64,000 nt of DNA from Patescibacteria group bacterium (GCA_028714495.1 JAQTMH010000003.1:72496-136495), one strand, 5' to 3'. Positions 20,369-29,815 are shown, counted from the first letter of the stretch. Notes: generated from the letters alone by a model not told the origin. Numbers and translations: made by a program.

Positions 20369-20498
20369 TTTTTTATTGTTATTTTTTTATATATAAAAAA
20401 CCGTTTACTTTAAAACGGCTATTTCAAACCACTGAATATAATTGAAGAAAGTCCTTTTTTAACCCCTCCATTTTGATTTTGTCTTTGCTTTTTATATT

Positions 20499-20538
20499 CT
20501 TACATCTTTATTATACTCCCAAAACAGCGTTTTGTCAA
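20499..20538 (-). promoter_or_regulatory. Sigma70-type promoter for the large surface protein
   Basis: Minus strand TTGACA-17 nt-TATAAT. Confidence 0.6.
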
Positions 20539-20644
20539 TAGTTTAGTCATAATTATTCAAACATTAGTTCTGGTTAATATTCACTTATTATTCATTTTCC
20601 TGTATAATACTTTTAGGCGTAATCATTAACCAAATTCAAAACGC

Positions 20645-21100
20645 ATGAAATCAAAAACAGCCTTAATGGCAATCCTGGTCACTTCTTTGGCCGGCGTCAT
20701 CTATTCAGGCTACCTCACCTATAATAACTACTGGGGTGGCGGATGCGAGAAAGCGATTGTAAGTTGCAGCGGCGGCGGACAGCCAGTAGAGATTTTTGGA
20801 CTGCCAACGTGTGTTTACGGTTTCTTTATGTTTCTAATTGTAGCCATTCTCTCGATCATTGGCCTGGGCCAGGATAAAAAAACCTATCTCAAATCAATTT
20901 TCGTTATTTCACTTATCGGCACCCTCTTTGCCCTTGGCGTAACAATATACGAAATGTGGATAATGGAAAATCCAGCGACAACCCTGCCAGCTTGCGCTTA
21001 TGGATTTTTCATATATCTAATCGCCTTAATCTTCGCTTCACTTGGTTTCCGTGGAATGAAGACGACTCCTCCGGCAGTCATCACTCCGCCGCAAGTATAA
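20645..21100 (+). CDS. VKOR-like membrane protein (atypical Cys layout)
   Basis: Four TMs, loop C-x6-C, IFGLP motif; LPTCVYG and LPACAYG instead of CxxC. Confidence 0.6.
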   Translation: MKSKTALMAILVTSLAGVIYSGYLTYNNYWGGGCEKAIVSCSGGGQPVEIFGLPTCVYGFFMFLIVAILSIIGLGQDKKTYLKSIFVISLIGTLFALGVTIYEMWIMENPATTLPACAYGFFIYLIALIFASLGFRGMKTTPPAVITPPQV

Positions 21101-21116
21101 ACTTGGCAGATATAAT

Positions 21117-21145
21117 CAAAAGAGGACATCGAATGTCCTCTTTTG
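21117..21145. terminator. Bidirectional terminator
   Basis: CAAAAGAGGACAT-CGA-ATGTCCTCTTTTG. Confidence 0.8.
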
Positions 21146-21180
21146 TTGTTATAAAACTTTTTTGAACCTTTCCGAAAAAA

Positions 21181-21927
21181 TCACAACTGGCTCGGAGACA
21201 AAGGTTCCAATGGGATCGGCGTGCCTTCGGGTGCGTATTCGATCTTCGTGCCAGCCGGCCAGATAAACTGCACGTCCTCCGGCATTGAGAGATCGAGGTA
21301 GATATCCGCGCCACTGACCTTCATATTTGTCAGATTCGATGCGTCGCTGAAATTCGCCGTGTGCGTGCCAGTAACTGACTTTATATAATTAATCGAACCC
21401 TGGTTCGCGCCGTAGTTAAGCGTGTCGCTGCCGCAAACCCAGTTCCCCGGCTCGCCTGTGACAGTCTCATGAACAGTACCGCTTGGTTTGGCTGGTCCTT
21501 TGCTGGGCAGATCATTCGGTCCAACTTCGAGATCAGTGAGATTGAGATCAATCCAGCCATCAATATAAACAACCTGGTCTTTAGTTGTGTTACAGCCGCT
21601 ACCGATTAAAATTTGGGATGAGCTTTGGACCTGGCTGAAATAAATCTTCCAAGGCACGAAATACGCGTTGTTCTTTATTGTTTCAGCTTCAGGCACTGGC
21701 CGGCCGACAATGTATGTAGTTGTGGCTACACCGCCCGAGACAACTGGCGGAGTCGACCCTCGATAAAAGATTACGTAGTCGGTTCGATCAGTTATACCCG
21801 CTCCCTGATTCTGACTTCCGCTGTTAGCTGATTTATTGTCATTTGACGTATCCGTTTTTTTAGCACAGCCAGTCAAAATCAAAAAAAACACCAAACAAAT
21901 GGCTACTAAGGTGGTTCTTTTTAGCAT
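21181..21927 (-). CDS. Putative lipoprotein
   Basis: Signal peptide with lipobox LTGC and an N/S-rich linker. Confidence 0.7.
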   Translation of the reverse strand: MLKRTTLVAICLVFFLILTGCAKKTDTSNDNKSANSGSQNQGAGITDRTDYVIFYRGSTPPVVSGGVATTTYIVGRPVPEAETIKNNAYFVPWKIYFSQVQSSSQILIGSGCNTTKDQVVYIDGWIDLNLTDLEVGPNDLPSKGPAKPSGTVHETVTGEPGNWVCGSDTLNYGANQGSINYIKSVTGTHTANFSDASNLTNMKVSGADIYLDLSMPEDVQFIWPAGTKIEYAPEGTPIPLEPLSPSQL

Positions 21928-21981
21928 AGCTTAAATATTTAATACTAATAAATAATCTTCATCCGCCAGTTAAATACGGAG

Positions 21982-22779
21982 TTACTCGCTCACCGTGATT
22001 GGCACTGATTGAGCTTCAACTCCGTTCAAGTAAATTTTCATGCTGTACTCGCCCGGAGTCGAGGGCAAACTGAAACAGCAGGAACCGTTGGTGCTGTTTC
22101 CAGCCTGGAGTTGGCTTTCTGGTCCTACGGCCTCAACCACGTTACCGGCGCTGTCGACAATAGCGCGGGAATATTTATCGTTGGCTGTAAAATTTCCAAT
22201 AACACCTATGCCATACAGGTCGCCGACCTCGAATGTGTTTGTCACTTCCATATTGACGTTCGGTGAAAACGTGGTGCCAGCTGGCAGACGCTGGAGCTCT
22301 ACTCTTGTAATTCCGGTAGTGGACGCGTTAGTGTTGGTATTTGCGCTAGCCGGATTTAAATTGACAACGTTTACGGTGATGCTGCCGCACTCGCGATCCT
22401 TACATGTCAGCTGATAGGTTCCACCTGGATCAGTGTTGTTGATTGATGTGCTGAACGTACCGCTAGTGGATACCGCGCCAGTGCCTTTAAATTCAAAGTC
22501 GACTGGCTGGTCATCGCTGGCCAACGTTACCCGAACGATATCTCCGGCATAAAAAGTCATAGTGGTGTAATTAAACCTGTCGTTTACCAGCTTAAGCGTA
22601 AAGACTTTTGTATTGCCAGACATAGTAAAAGGCGCCTCTCCACCAATTGCGTTTGTATTACTATTTGTGTTCGCGTTGTTTGTATTTACATTGTCAGTGC
22701 TTTTTTTCTTTTGCCCACAGCCGGACAATATTAAAACCAACATCAAGAAAAGGGCAATGAATGTGGCTTTCTTTCGCAT
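21982..22779 (-). CDS. Putative lipoprotein, two beta domains
   Basis: Lipobox LSGC, N/T-rich linkers; first domain is cupredoxin-like (GDIVRVTL, GTYQLTC). Confidence 0.7.
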   Translation of the reverse strand: MRKKATFIALFLMLVLILSGCGQKKKSTDNVNTNNANTNSNTNAIGGEAPFTMSGNTKVFTLKLVNDRFNYTTMTFYAGDIVRVTLASDDQPVDFEFKGTGAVSTSGTFSTSINNTDPGGTYQLTCKDRECGSITVNVVNLNPASANTNTNASTTGITRVELQRLPAGTTFSPNVNMEVTNTFEVGDLYGIGVIGNFTANDKYSRAIVDSAGNVVEAVGPESQLQAGNSTNGSCCFSLPSTPGEYSMKIYLNGVEAQSVPITVSE

Positions 22780-23031
22780 TTTATTAAAGTTATTTATTAA
22801 ACTCCAGCTACATTATATCACAATTTTTCAATTCAATAAAACCGTGTCGCCAGAACAAAATACAGAAATCCGCAATTATTTGAAGTGATATAATTAACCT
22901 AACAATATTACCGGGGAATATTATTAACCTTTTAGTTAAAAGGTTTACTTGATTATTGTATCAGAAAATCACCAGGCTAGCGATTTTATTATTAAAAAAG
23001 ATACGAGATTGCTCTCGTATCGAAATGAACA

Positions 23032-23937
23032 TTAGAGACTAGGCCGGGTGTCTCGGAGATATTCCATGAAGTACTGGGCATCTCGAGTACAACCCTTGGG
23101 CAGTCGTGGAACATCGCGGCACAGCACTGGCCGACCCGAGCATTCGCCCACTGCCTGCCAGAGCTTGATGCTCTGATCCAGCACAAACCTGGAAAAATCA
23201 ATCACGCAGTCAGTCGGAATCGAAGCGCCGCTGATCGGATCGCCGAACGGCAGGCAATACGGCAAAGCCACTTCTGGCTCGCACGGAATCACCTGGCTAT
23301 CAACCCGACGACCTGCGGTCCTCCCGGATAAAGGAACGCCGACATAAAAGTCCCGCTCGCAGACCCAATCAACTACAGCTGGGTACTCGCGCACACCGAC
23401 CAGCTCCACCCATGGATGCTTGGCCAGAAGCTGGTTTTCCGGCCGGCCAATGATTATCCCGACGATGACTTGACTGACCACATAGCCATTTTCCCGCATT
23501 AGTTCGGTTATCCGAAGCAGGGTGCCGCCTGAATAGCAACCGTCGTCAACCAGTGAAATCGGACGACCCTTGGGTAAAGATCTGATTTGGTCAACTAATG
23601 ACTCGAAGCCGGCACGACGCGATTCGCCTAGAATCTGGGTCGTGCTGATATCAGCCACGCGGTTGCACTCCAGATGATAGGGCGTCTGGTTGTAGATCTG
23701 GTCGATCGAGACAACGATCGTTCCGGCGGCTCGGGCAGCAATCGCGGCTTGCAGTTTTCCGCTCAAATCAGCCAGTTCGATAAGTTCAAGCGGCCGAAAG
23801 ATCGTTCGCAGATAGCCAAGCAGCTCCTGCTGGAGGGTCCGGAAAAAGTCCGAACTCGGACAGCTGAAGCCAACACGCTCGGCCCATCTGCGCATGAGGA
23901 ATTCCAGATCCTCGGTTACGAGGTAGGGTGGCTTCAT
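23032..23937 (-). CDS. Type I phosphoribosyltransferase-like protein
   Basis: PRPP-binding-like motif ISLVDDGCYSGGTL; overlaps the upstream gene by 4 nt (ATGA). Confidence 0.7.
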   Translation of the reverse strand: MKPPYLVTEDLEFLMRRWAERVGFSCPSSDFFRTLQQELLGYLRTIFRPLELIELADLSGKLQAAIAARAAGTIVVSIDQIYNQTPYHLECNRVADISTTQILGESRRAGFESLVDQIRSLPKGRPISLVDDGCYSGGTLLRITELMRENGYVVSQVIVGIIIGRPENQLLAKHPWVELVGVREYPAVVDWVCERDFYVGVPLSGRTAGRRVDSQVIPCEPEVALPYCLPFGDPISGASIPTDCVIDFSRFVLDQSIKLWQAVGECSGRPVLCRDVPRLPKGCTRDAQYFMEYLRDTRPSL

Positions 23938-24773
23938 GCTCTCCTCCTTTTCCCTAAGGGTTTCGTGGAAATCCGCTGTAGGATTTCCAGAGCTCCAGCT
24001 GTGATCGGCTCCGTAGCCACAAAGTCAGCGACCGCCTGTAATTCAGCGGCAGCATTGCTGACAGCGCAAAGTAGGTCTACATGTCCTAAGAGCCTGGCGT
24101 CGCTCCTGCCATCGCCAATGGCGATCACCCTGTATCCACGATACTTCCGCCGTAGCACGGGAACGGCAAGCTCTTTGTCTAACCCGGCACTTGATAGAAT
24201 CAGCACACCACATTCAGCATTGGCATCGATGTCCACCAACTCGGTTATTCCCAGTCTATCGAGAACCACTTTCACGGTCCCGACCACGCTGGGATAAGCT
24301 CCATAATCAGGAGTCAGCTGGTTTGTCCAGACATGCAGGCCAAAGCCACAGAGACGGAATGGATTGATGACAATCATCGTGCCTGACCGCGCATCTAGCC
24401 CGCGTTGGTTCGACAGGAGATCAAGGTAGTATTCCTCAGTCAGGGCGAAGTCTGGAAAAGCGCTCCGGAGTGAAGATATAATCAGCTGCTTGACCGAATG
24501 CCAGCCGATTACCTGCTGTCGAGTAAGTAGGTGACTGCCGGACAGCGTCGAGACAATGGCTCCTTTTTCACTGACGATCGGACCGGTAAAACCGAATATC
24601 CCCATCCAGCGCCGAAGCGGCTCATACGGAGTATCCGAGTTTAGCCCGAAAAGATCGCCCGCCTCCATCATCTGTCGAACCAATAGTTTGAACGCGTCTA
24701 GCTGGATTGTCGGCTGATAATCCCGACCGATAAGACTCATGTCGAGATCGCAGAGAATCAGTCTGGGTCTCAT
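23934..24773 (-). CDS. HAD superfamily (IIB/Cof-like) phosphatase
   Basis: ILCDLDMSL, NSD, SEKGA, DK, AIGDGRSD, VSNA. Confidence 0.85.
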   Translation of the reverse strand: MRPRLILCDLDMSLIGRDYQPTIQLDAFKLLVRQMMEAGDLFGLNSDTPYEPLRRWMGIFGFTGPIVSEKGAIVSTLSGSHLLTRQQVIGWHSVKQLIISSLRSAFPDFALTEEYYLDLLSNQRGLDARSGTMIVINPFRLCGFGLHVWTNQLTPDYGAYPSVVGTVKVVLDRLGITELVDIDANAECGVLILSSAGLDKELAVPVLRRKYRGYRVIAIGDGRSDARLLGHVDLLCAVSNAAAELQAVADFVATEPITAGALEILQRISTKPLGKRRRA

Positions 24774-25783
24774 ATGGCCACCTCAGCCAGCGAAGAGATT
24801 AGGCGACCGGCCTGTTCCTGCATGGCTTCGATCAGCCAGACCCGTTCAGGATCTAGACAATAGTCACAACGGCAGGCGGCATAGGCACTGTAGTAGACCG
24901 CGCAGCACAATTCATAGAGCTGAGGCGTAAATATCCCCGCCTCAATCATCAGTTGCCGTGCCCTTTTGATTCTGCGCAAGGCGCCAAGATGGAATACAGA
25001 TCCCACAGTCTTTCTGATCTCCAATTCCTTGCGTCTGAGCGAGGCTTCGAGAGCGGCTAGGTCAACTGCGATGTTTCCGTCCGCCAAGCGCTCTTTGGAC
25101 CAAGGCAACGCCATCTTCGGGTCAATGAATCTGACCCGTGGCTGGTCAAGCGATTCGCTAACCAGCACATTGATAGCGACATTATCTTTCAGCGCCATCG
25201 AAGAAGACCAGCGTTCGAAAAACCAGGGAAAACGCTTTTGCAGCCGATCCAGCGCTGGGTTCAATCCGGTCATTTTCGCCCTTTCCAGATTTACCCGAAA
25301 CGCGCTCAGGCATTCCTGGAAAAACGTCTCTTGATCGTCTTGATTGCCGCGACTGGTCAAACTGTAGATCATTCTCAGCTTGTCAATCACCTGGCCGACG
25401 ATGTTGCCGATCTGAGATTGGCGTCGCTGGATGATTGGATGGTGACACGGCAGTGTTTCAAGCCATTCGCACAGGTCCAGGCAAATCGCCTCAAGCGTCC
25501 GTTCCCCCGCCACTTCCAGAAACAGCACTCCTTGATCATCCGTTTGGTTGACGAGTCGAAAATCAGGCAGAAACTCACCATATCGATCACCCAGCCGTGC
25601 CTGAAGAGTCCGATAAGCAGCCACATCGCCATTCAAGATGTCCAGCCGGCCGGCCTTCACCACGCCCCGGACCAGAAATGTGTCAGCGCCAGAAGCACCC
25701 TCTTGCCTGTCAAATGTCATCAAGCTGACTGCCGCTGATGCCGAACCAATCAAACCCTGCTTTGCTAAACCCAAGAATTCCAT
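24770..25783 (-). CDS. Kinase-like (APH/phosphotransferase fold) protein with C-terminal CxCxxC
   Basis: GASGA loop, VVK, LFLE, LKDNVAINVL, FIDP, DLA; SD GAGGAGG. Confidence 0.55.
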   Translation of the reverse strand: MEFLGLAKQGLIGSASAAVSLMTFDRQEGASGADTFLVRGVVKAGRLDILNGDVAAYRTLQARLGDRYGEFLPDFRLVNQTDDQGVLFLEVAGERTLEAICLDLCEWLETLPCHHPIIQRRQSQIGNIVGQVIDKLRMIYSLTSRGNQDDQETFFQECLSAFRVNLERAKMTGLNPALDRLQKRFPWFFERWSSSMALKDNVAINVLVSESLDQPRVRFIDPKMALPWSKERLADGNIAVDLAALEASLRRKELEIRKTVGSVFHLGALRRIKRARQLMIEAGIFTPQLYELCCAVYYSAYAACRCDYCLDPERVWLIEAMQEQAGRLISSLAEVAI

Positions 25784-25939
25784 GGTCTCCCCTCCTCGTT
25801 TGTTGGTCAGTTTTCAAAGAGCCATTATAGTCAATGAGTGACTAGCAAATTTATTCGAGCCGTTTCCTTTAGTCTTTCATCAAATCAATGCTTCAGGTAT
25901 TCAAGGGAATTTAGTATATATAATCCAGTTTGTCAATGC

Positions 25940-27058
25940 TTAAGAAACCAAAGCATTTTTCTGCAATATTATGGCTTGTTTTAACACCTCGAAACTGGCT
26001 GGCCTCAGTTCCCAAATCACGCACAATTTACCATCGCTATTGGCGCTGATCATCTCCAGAACCGTCTTGGCTGATTTGAAAACAAATCCGACTGGAATGT
26101 GGTCGTCAATTACCACATCCCTGACGATTTGCCGCTTGTACCAAAAATCCGCTTTGGCTTTTTTGAGCTGATCCGGGCTGGCTTCTTTCGTAAATTCTTT
26201 GGTTGTCAGAGAATCAGACAGGTGCACTGCTTTTATCCTTTTTAATATTTCGGGATTATCAGCAAGTTCCTTTTTAATTCTCTGGTCAATCGAATCCGGT
26301 CTATCACCTGCTTCTTGCCCTAACACCGCAACACTGTGTGCTGTATCAAAAGTAACACCTACTTCATTTAAGTCACGGTTTATAAATATTTCCCTAAAAT
26401 CCGCCAGCCGCCGCACGCCCCTATCAATCGCACTGCCGTTTTCAAGCGTTAATAGTTTGGCAAAACCAGAATCGCGCTTTATCAAGTCTTCGGTAAATTG
26501 CCGAACTGCGCTGATCACTGCCTGATCAGAATATTTCCGATCGCCAAATAAAATATCATCATAATCAATCTGATTCGCGTGCCAAGTAGCAACCCTGGCA
26601 TCCAGCTCGCCAGCGATATCTAACTCTCTAGTTAAACGTTCAATCATTACTTCTGGTTTATCGCCGCTGAAATATTTTCGGACATTGGCTGGAGTATAAA
26701 AAGTACGCAGCAATCTCGCCTGATCTTGCTTGTAAAAAGGTATCCAGCTGGCCCAGTCTGATAAGTGGACAGTTAAATTTCCCTGAAATCTGATTTTCTT
26801 CAGCGGATTTGGATCAAAATTCTCGGTAAAACCGATAAAATCCTGGATCCGAATTTCCATTCCGTCAAAGCCCTGTTCCAGGCACCAGTTTTCAATTCTC
26901 GACAAATCCCTGTTAAACTCCTTGATAATCAGTGAGTTGACTGACAACAGCTGAAATCTGGCCGACTTTTCTTTCTTCCAAAGCAAATCAAAGTCTGCTG
27001 GCGGTTTGAGCGCCTTGAACTTTTCCTCGATTAATTTGTCTTTGCTGGTTAATTCCAT
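25940..27058 (-). CDS. TIM-barrel metalloenzyme (xylose isomerase/AP endonuclease 2-like)
   Basis: GMEI, VHL, TWH, LEN, FDTAH, VHLSDS, DDH, WEL metal-ligand pattern. Confidence 0.8.
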   Translation of the reverse strand: MELTSKDKLIEEKFKALKPPADFDLLWKKEKSARFQLLSVNSLIIKEFNRDLSRIENWCLEQGFDGMEIRIQDFIGFTENFDPNPLKKIRFQGNLTVHLSDWASWIPFYKQDQARLLRTFYTPANVRKYFSGDKPEVMIERLTRELDIAGELDARVATWHANQIDYDDILFGDRKYSDQAVISAVRQFTEDLIKRDSGFAKLLTLENGSAIDRGVRRLADFREIFINRDLNEVGVTFDTAHSVAVLGQEAGDRPDSIDQRIKKELADNPEILKRIKAVHLSDSLTTKEFTKEASPDQLKKAKADFWYKRQIVRDVVIDDHIPVGFVFKSAKTVLEMISANSDGKLCVIWELRPASFEVLKQAIILQKNALVS

Positions 27059-27063
27059 ACAGG

Positions 27064-27822
27064 TTATTTGCTTAAAAGTTCAACCGCCCGTAAAGCAACC
27101 TTGATAGCTTTATCCACGCCTTGATCTGCCTCGGCTGAAGTCTCCAATTTATAAATTAAACCGGGGTCTTTCGCAATCTCGTCCAGCGGTTCAGTGGTAT
27201 TGACCGATAAAACCGTGCCGGCTTTTAAACCTCGCAGCTGGGCTAGCGTAAACACAGCCGAGCATTCCATTTCCGAACTCACTAGCTCGCCTTTTTTATA
27301 TTCAGGCAAATCCATCAGTTTTAAGAAATTATCAGTTGGCTCGTAAAATGAATCGTGCGTGCGGTTTGTGCCGATGAAATATTTAATATTTAATTCTTCA
27401 GCTGCTTGCTTCAAAGCCCGAAACACCTCAGGGTCGGGTTTGGCTTCGAATTCCTCGCCGACATATTCTTTGGTGGTGCCTTCCTGTCGGATCGCCTTAT
27501 CTGGAATAATTAAGTTCCCTGGAACAATGGTTTTCTTCAGGGCGCCGCAAGTGCCAATACGGATGAATATCTTGGCGCCTACCTTAGCCAGCTCCTCAAC
27601 GGCAATGGCCGCCGAGGGAGAACCAATGCCCGTCGAAGTGGCGGAAATTGGAATGCCTTTATATTTACCCGTGTAGGTCAAAAATTCCCTGTTAAAAACA
27701 ACCTCACGGGATTCGTCCCAATATTCGGCGATTCTCCTAACTCGAGCTGGATCGCCTGGAATCAAAACAATTTCGGCGATATCGCCTGGTTTAATTCTCA
27801 GATGTGGTTGTAAATTTTCCAT
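27064..27822 (-). CDS. Nucleoside phosphorylase (NP-I, Udp/DeoD family), substrate uncertain
   Basis: PGDPAR, NREF, STGIGSPS, RIGTCG, EME. Confidence 0.9.
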   Translation of the reverse strand: MENLQPHLRIKPGDIAEIVLIPGDPARVRRIAEYWDESREVVFNREFLTYTGKYKGIPISATSTGIGSPSAAIAVEELAKVGAKIFIRIGTCGALKKTIVPGNLIIPDKAIRQEGTTKEYVGEEFEAKPDPEVFRALKQAAEELNIKYFIGTNRTHDSFYEPTDNFLKLMDLPEYKKGELVSSEMECSAVFTLAQLRGLKAGTVLSVNTTEPLDEIAKDPGLIYKLETSAEADQGVDKAIKVALRAVELLSK

Positions 27823-27840
27823 TGGTTTGCTTTATTTATT

Positions 27841-28115
27841 AAAAAACTCTCATTCCTCGACAAGTTATTAAAAATAATAACTAGCTAAGGAACGAGAGTT
27901 TACTCCCGCGGTCCCATCCTTATTTCCGGTCTTTACCTTAAATCAGGCAACAACCAGACACTTATTTCAAGCTTCACGATGCGTGACCACCGTTCCCGGT
28001 TTTGACCGGGACTGCTTAAGAGGTGTGTTCAATGGTTTTCTGGGCCTGGCTTCCACTGTCCCAAGCTCTCTATTCAGCCAGAAATGGCCATTTACTATGC
28101 CTCTTTGTTAGCGCA
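27841..28115 (-). promoter_or_regulatory. T-box riboswitch, His specifier (CAC), with terminator/antiterminator
   Basis: Stem I has AGTA, AGAGA and GTGGAA motifs and GAA-CAC-A (CAC at 28025-28027). Stem II and III are present. T-box AATAAGGATGGGACCGCG lies at 27907-27924. Antiterminator is AAGGA-TGGGACC-GCGGGAG/CTCTCGT-TCCTT; terminator is AACTCTCGTTCCT...AGGAATGAGAGTT plus T-run. Confidence 0.92.
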
Positions 28116-28143
28116 TTTGAATTAAATTATCAAGGTAAATATA

Positions 28144-28173
28144 AGATTACACCATTGGCCTATTTCTAGTCAA
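28144..28173 (-). promoter_or_regulatory. Promoter for the T-box leader
   Basis: TTGACT-18 nt-TAATCT about 30 nt upstream of Stem I. Confidence 0.5.
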
Positions 28174-28188
28174 ATATCGGTTGTGGAT

Positions 28189-28222
28189 AAAAAAAGCCGT
28201 TGAGCAAGTTACTCAACGGCTT
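28189..28222 (-). terminator. Intrinsic terminator ending the hisS transcript
   Basis: AAGCCGTTGAG-TAACTTG-CTCAACGGCTT followed by a T-run; overlaps the hisS stop. Confidence 0.8.
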
Positions 28223-29600
28223 CAAGAAGTGAACGAATGTGCGAAATCAATTGGTCGCGCGGAACCGAGTGCTGTTTGCCTGCTGCGCCGAATGTGGTCC
28301 GGAGGTTCTTCACGGAAGCTTCGCCTCGGCTGAGCTCATCAGGACCGACCACGATCGCGATCGGTATCCGCTGAACATCGGCGTATTTGAACTGACGGCC
28401 GATGCGCGTTTCCTCACCCATGTAGAGCTCAGTATTCAGGCCCTCTCGTCTAAGCTCCGTGGCCAGCTGCTGGTAGACACCCAACTGGTTTTGATCAAAG
28501 ACGGTGACCAGAACCTGGGTTTTGCTAGGCGCTGTTCCAACCAAGCCGAGCTGTTCCAGGGCGGCGAAGAGCCGATCTACGCCGATCGAAGCACCGGTAG
28601 CAGGAATGCTGGTTTCGCTGAACCGGCCGATAAGTCCATCAAACCGTCCGCCGGAAAACACGCTGCCCCAGGTCGGCAAATCCAGAAGCCTCGTCTCAAA
28701 CACCGGACCGGTGTAGTAAGCCAGACCTCTGGCAATTGACAGGTCGATGATGAAACGCTCGGGCGGGATGCCTTGGGCTTTGAGTCCGGACAGAATCTGT
28801 TCCAGCTCGACGATCCCTTCGTCAACGGCCGAGCAGCCATTGAAGAAGCGCCTGAGCTGTTCGATCGTCTCAACCGGACTTCCTCCTGAAATGCCGACGA
28901 ATTCCATAATCCGATCAGCAATTTCCGGAGCCAAACCGATGCAGCGAGCACCGGCAGGTACTTCTCTCTGATCCACGCCTTCAGGCCCTTGCTTGGTCAG
29001 GGTGGCTTTGACTTCTTCGAGGCCGACTCTCTCGATCTTGTCTAGGGTCCGGAAGATGTCCGTGGCCCAGAAAGGATCGAGGCCCAAGAAAACCATCAAA
29101 GCGTTCAGGATCTTGCGGTTGCTGAAACGGATCAGGAAACGGGTAAGCCCCAGCTCAACCAAAGTGTCGTGGATGATGGCGATGATTTCAGTGTCAGCGG
29201 CCATTGAGCTGGTGCCGACAGTGTCAATGTCGAATTGCACGAATTCGCGGAAGCGTCCAGGTGCCGGTTCATCGCCGCGCCAGACCGGTCCGACCACGTA
29301 CCGTTTGAACGGTCGGGGCAGATCCGGGTACAGGGCGACAAACCGAGCCAGAGGTATGGTGTGATCGAAACGCAGTCCGGCTGGACGTCCTTCAGGATCA
29401 TCAAATCGGAAGATCTTAAGTTCGCTTGCATCAGTCTCTTCGCCGAGGAGAATCCTACGGTCTTCAATCGCCGGCGTCTCAATCGGTACAAAGCCATAGC
29501 GTTCATAAACGCGACGGATCTTCTCGATTAACGCTTGCCTGGCAATCATTTGAGCCGGCAGGTAATCTCGAAGTCCGCGCAGAAGTCGTGGTTCAATCAT
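28209..29600 (-). CDS. hisS: Histidine--tRNA ligase
   Basis: RGLRDYLP, ETPAIE, LRFDHT, GRFREFVQFDID, RGLAYYTG, GGRFDGL, GVDRL. Start moved to ATG 29600 because the track extension runs through a tRNA. Confidence 0.95.
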   Translation of the reverse strand: MIEPRLLRGLRDYLPAQMIARQALIEKIRRVYERYGFVPIETPAIEDRRILLGEETDASELKIFRFDDPEGRPAGLRFDHTIPLARFVALYPDLPRPFKRYVVGPVWRGDEPAPGRFREFVQFDIDTVGTSSMAADTEIIAIIHDTLVELGLTRFLIRFSNRKILNALMVFLGLDPFWATDIFRTLDKIERVGLEEVKATLTKQGPEGVDQREVPAGARCIGLAPEIADRIMEFVGISGGSPVETIEQLRRFFNGCSAVDEGIVELEQILSGLKAQGIPPERFIIDLSIARGLAYYTGPVFETRLLDLPTWGSVFSGGRFDGLIGRFSETSIPATGASIGVDRLFAALEQLGLVGTAPSKTQVLVTVFDQNQLGVYQQLATELRREGLNTELYMGEETRIGRQFKYADVQRIPIAIVVGPDELSRGEASVKNLRTTFGAAGKQHSVPRDQLISHIRSLLEAVE

Positions 29601-29638
29601 CTTCTGATCACCTGCCTTTCTTGATACGCCAGAAAAGA

Positions 29639-29716
29639 TGGGGGGCCGGACGGGAATCGAACCCGCGACCTCTTGATCCACAGTCAAGCGCTCTGACCAA
29701 CTGAGCTACCGACCCC
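29639..29716 (-). tRNA. tRNA-His(GTG), canonical with G-1:C73 and encoded CCA
   Basis: GGGGTCGG...CTTGA-CTGTGGA-TCAAG...GGTTCGATT...CCGGCCCC-CCA. Confidence 0.95.
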
Positions 29717-29741
29717 CAACACCACGAAGAGCCAAAAGACT

Positions 29742-29815
29742 GGGGCGAGACGGGAATCGAACCCGCGACCTCTTGATCCACAGTCAAGCGCTCTGACCAA
29801 CTGAGCTACTCGCCC
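29742..29815 (-). tRNA. tRNA-His(GTG) variant, no genomic G-1 and no encoded CCA
   Basis: D, anticodon and T arms are identical to the other copy. Acceptor is GGGCGAG/CTCGCCC with C73, C at -1, then AGT. Confidence 0.88.

Noticed and set aside
23032-27822. PRTase, HAD and TIM barrel as diverged hisG, hisB and hisA/F
   Set aside because: The motifs match type I PRTase, HAD-IIB and xylose-isomerase-like folds, which are not the HisG, HisB-N or HisA/F families.
29601-29687. N-terminal extension of the hisS ORF (MTVDQEVAGSIPVRPP), and ORF 29684-29875
   Set aside because: These are translations of tRNA-His sequence; synthetase homology starts at ATG 29600.
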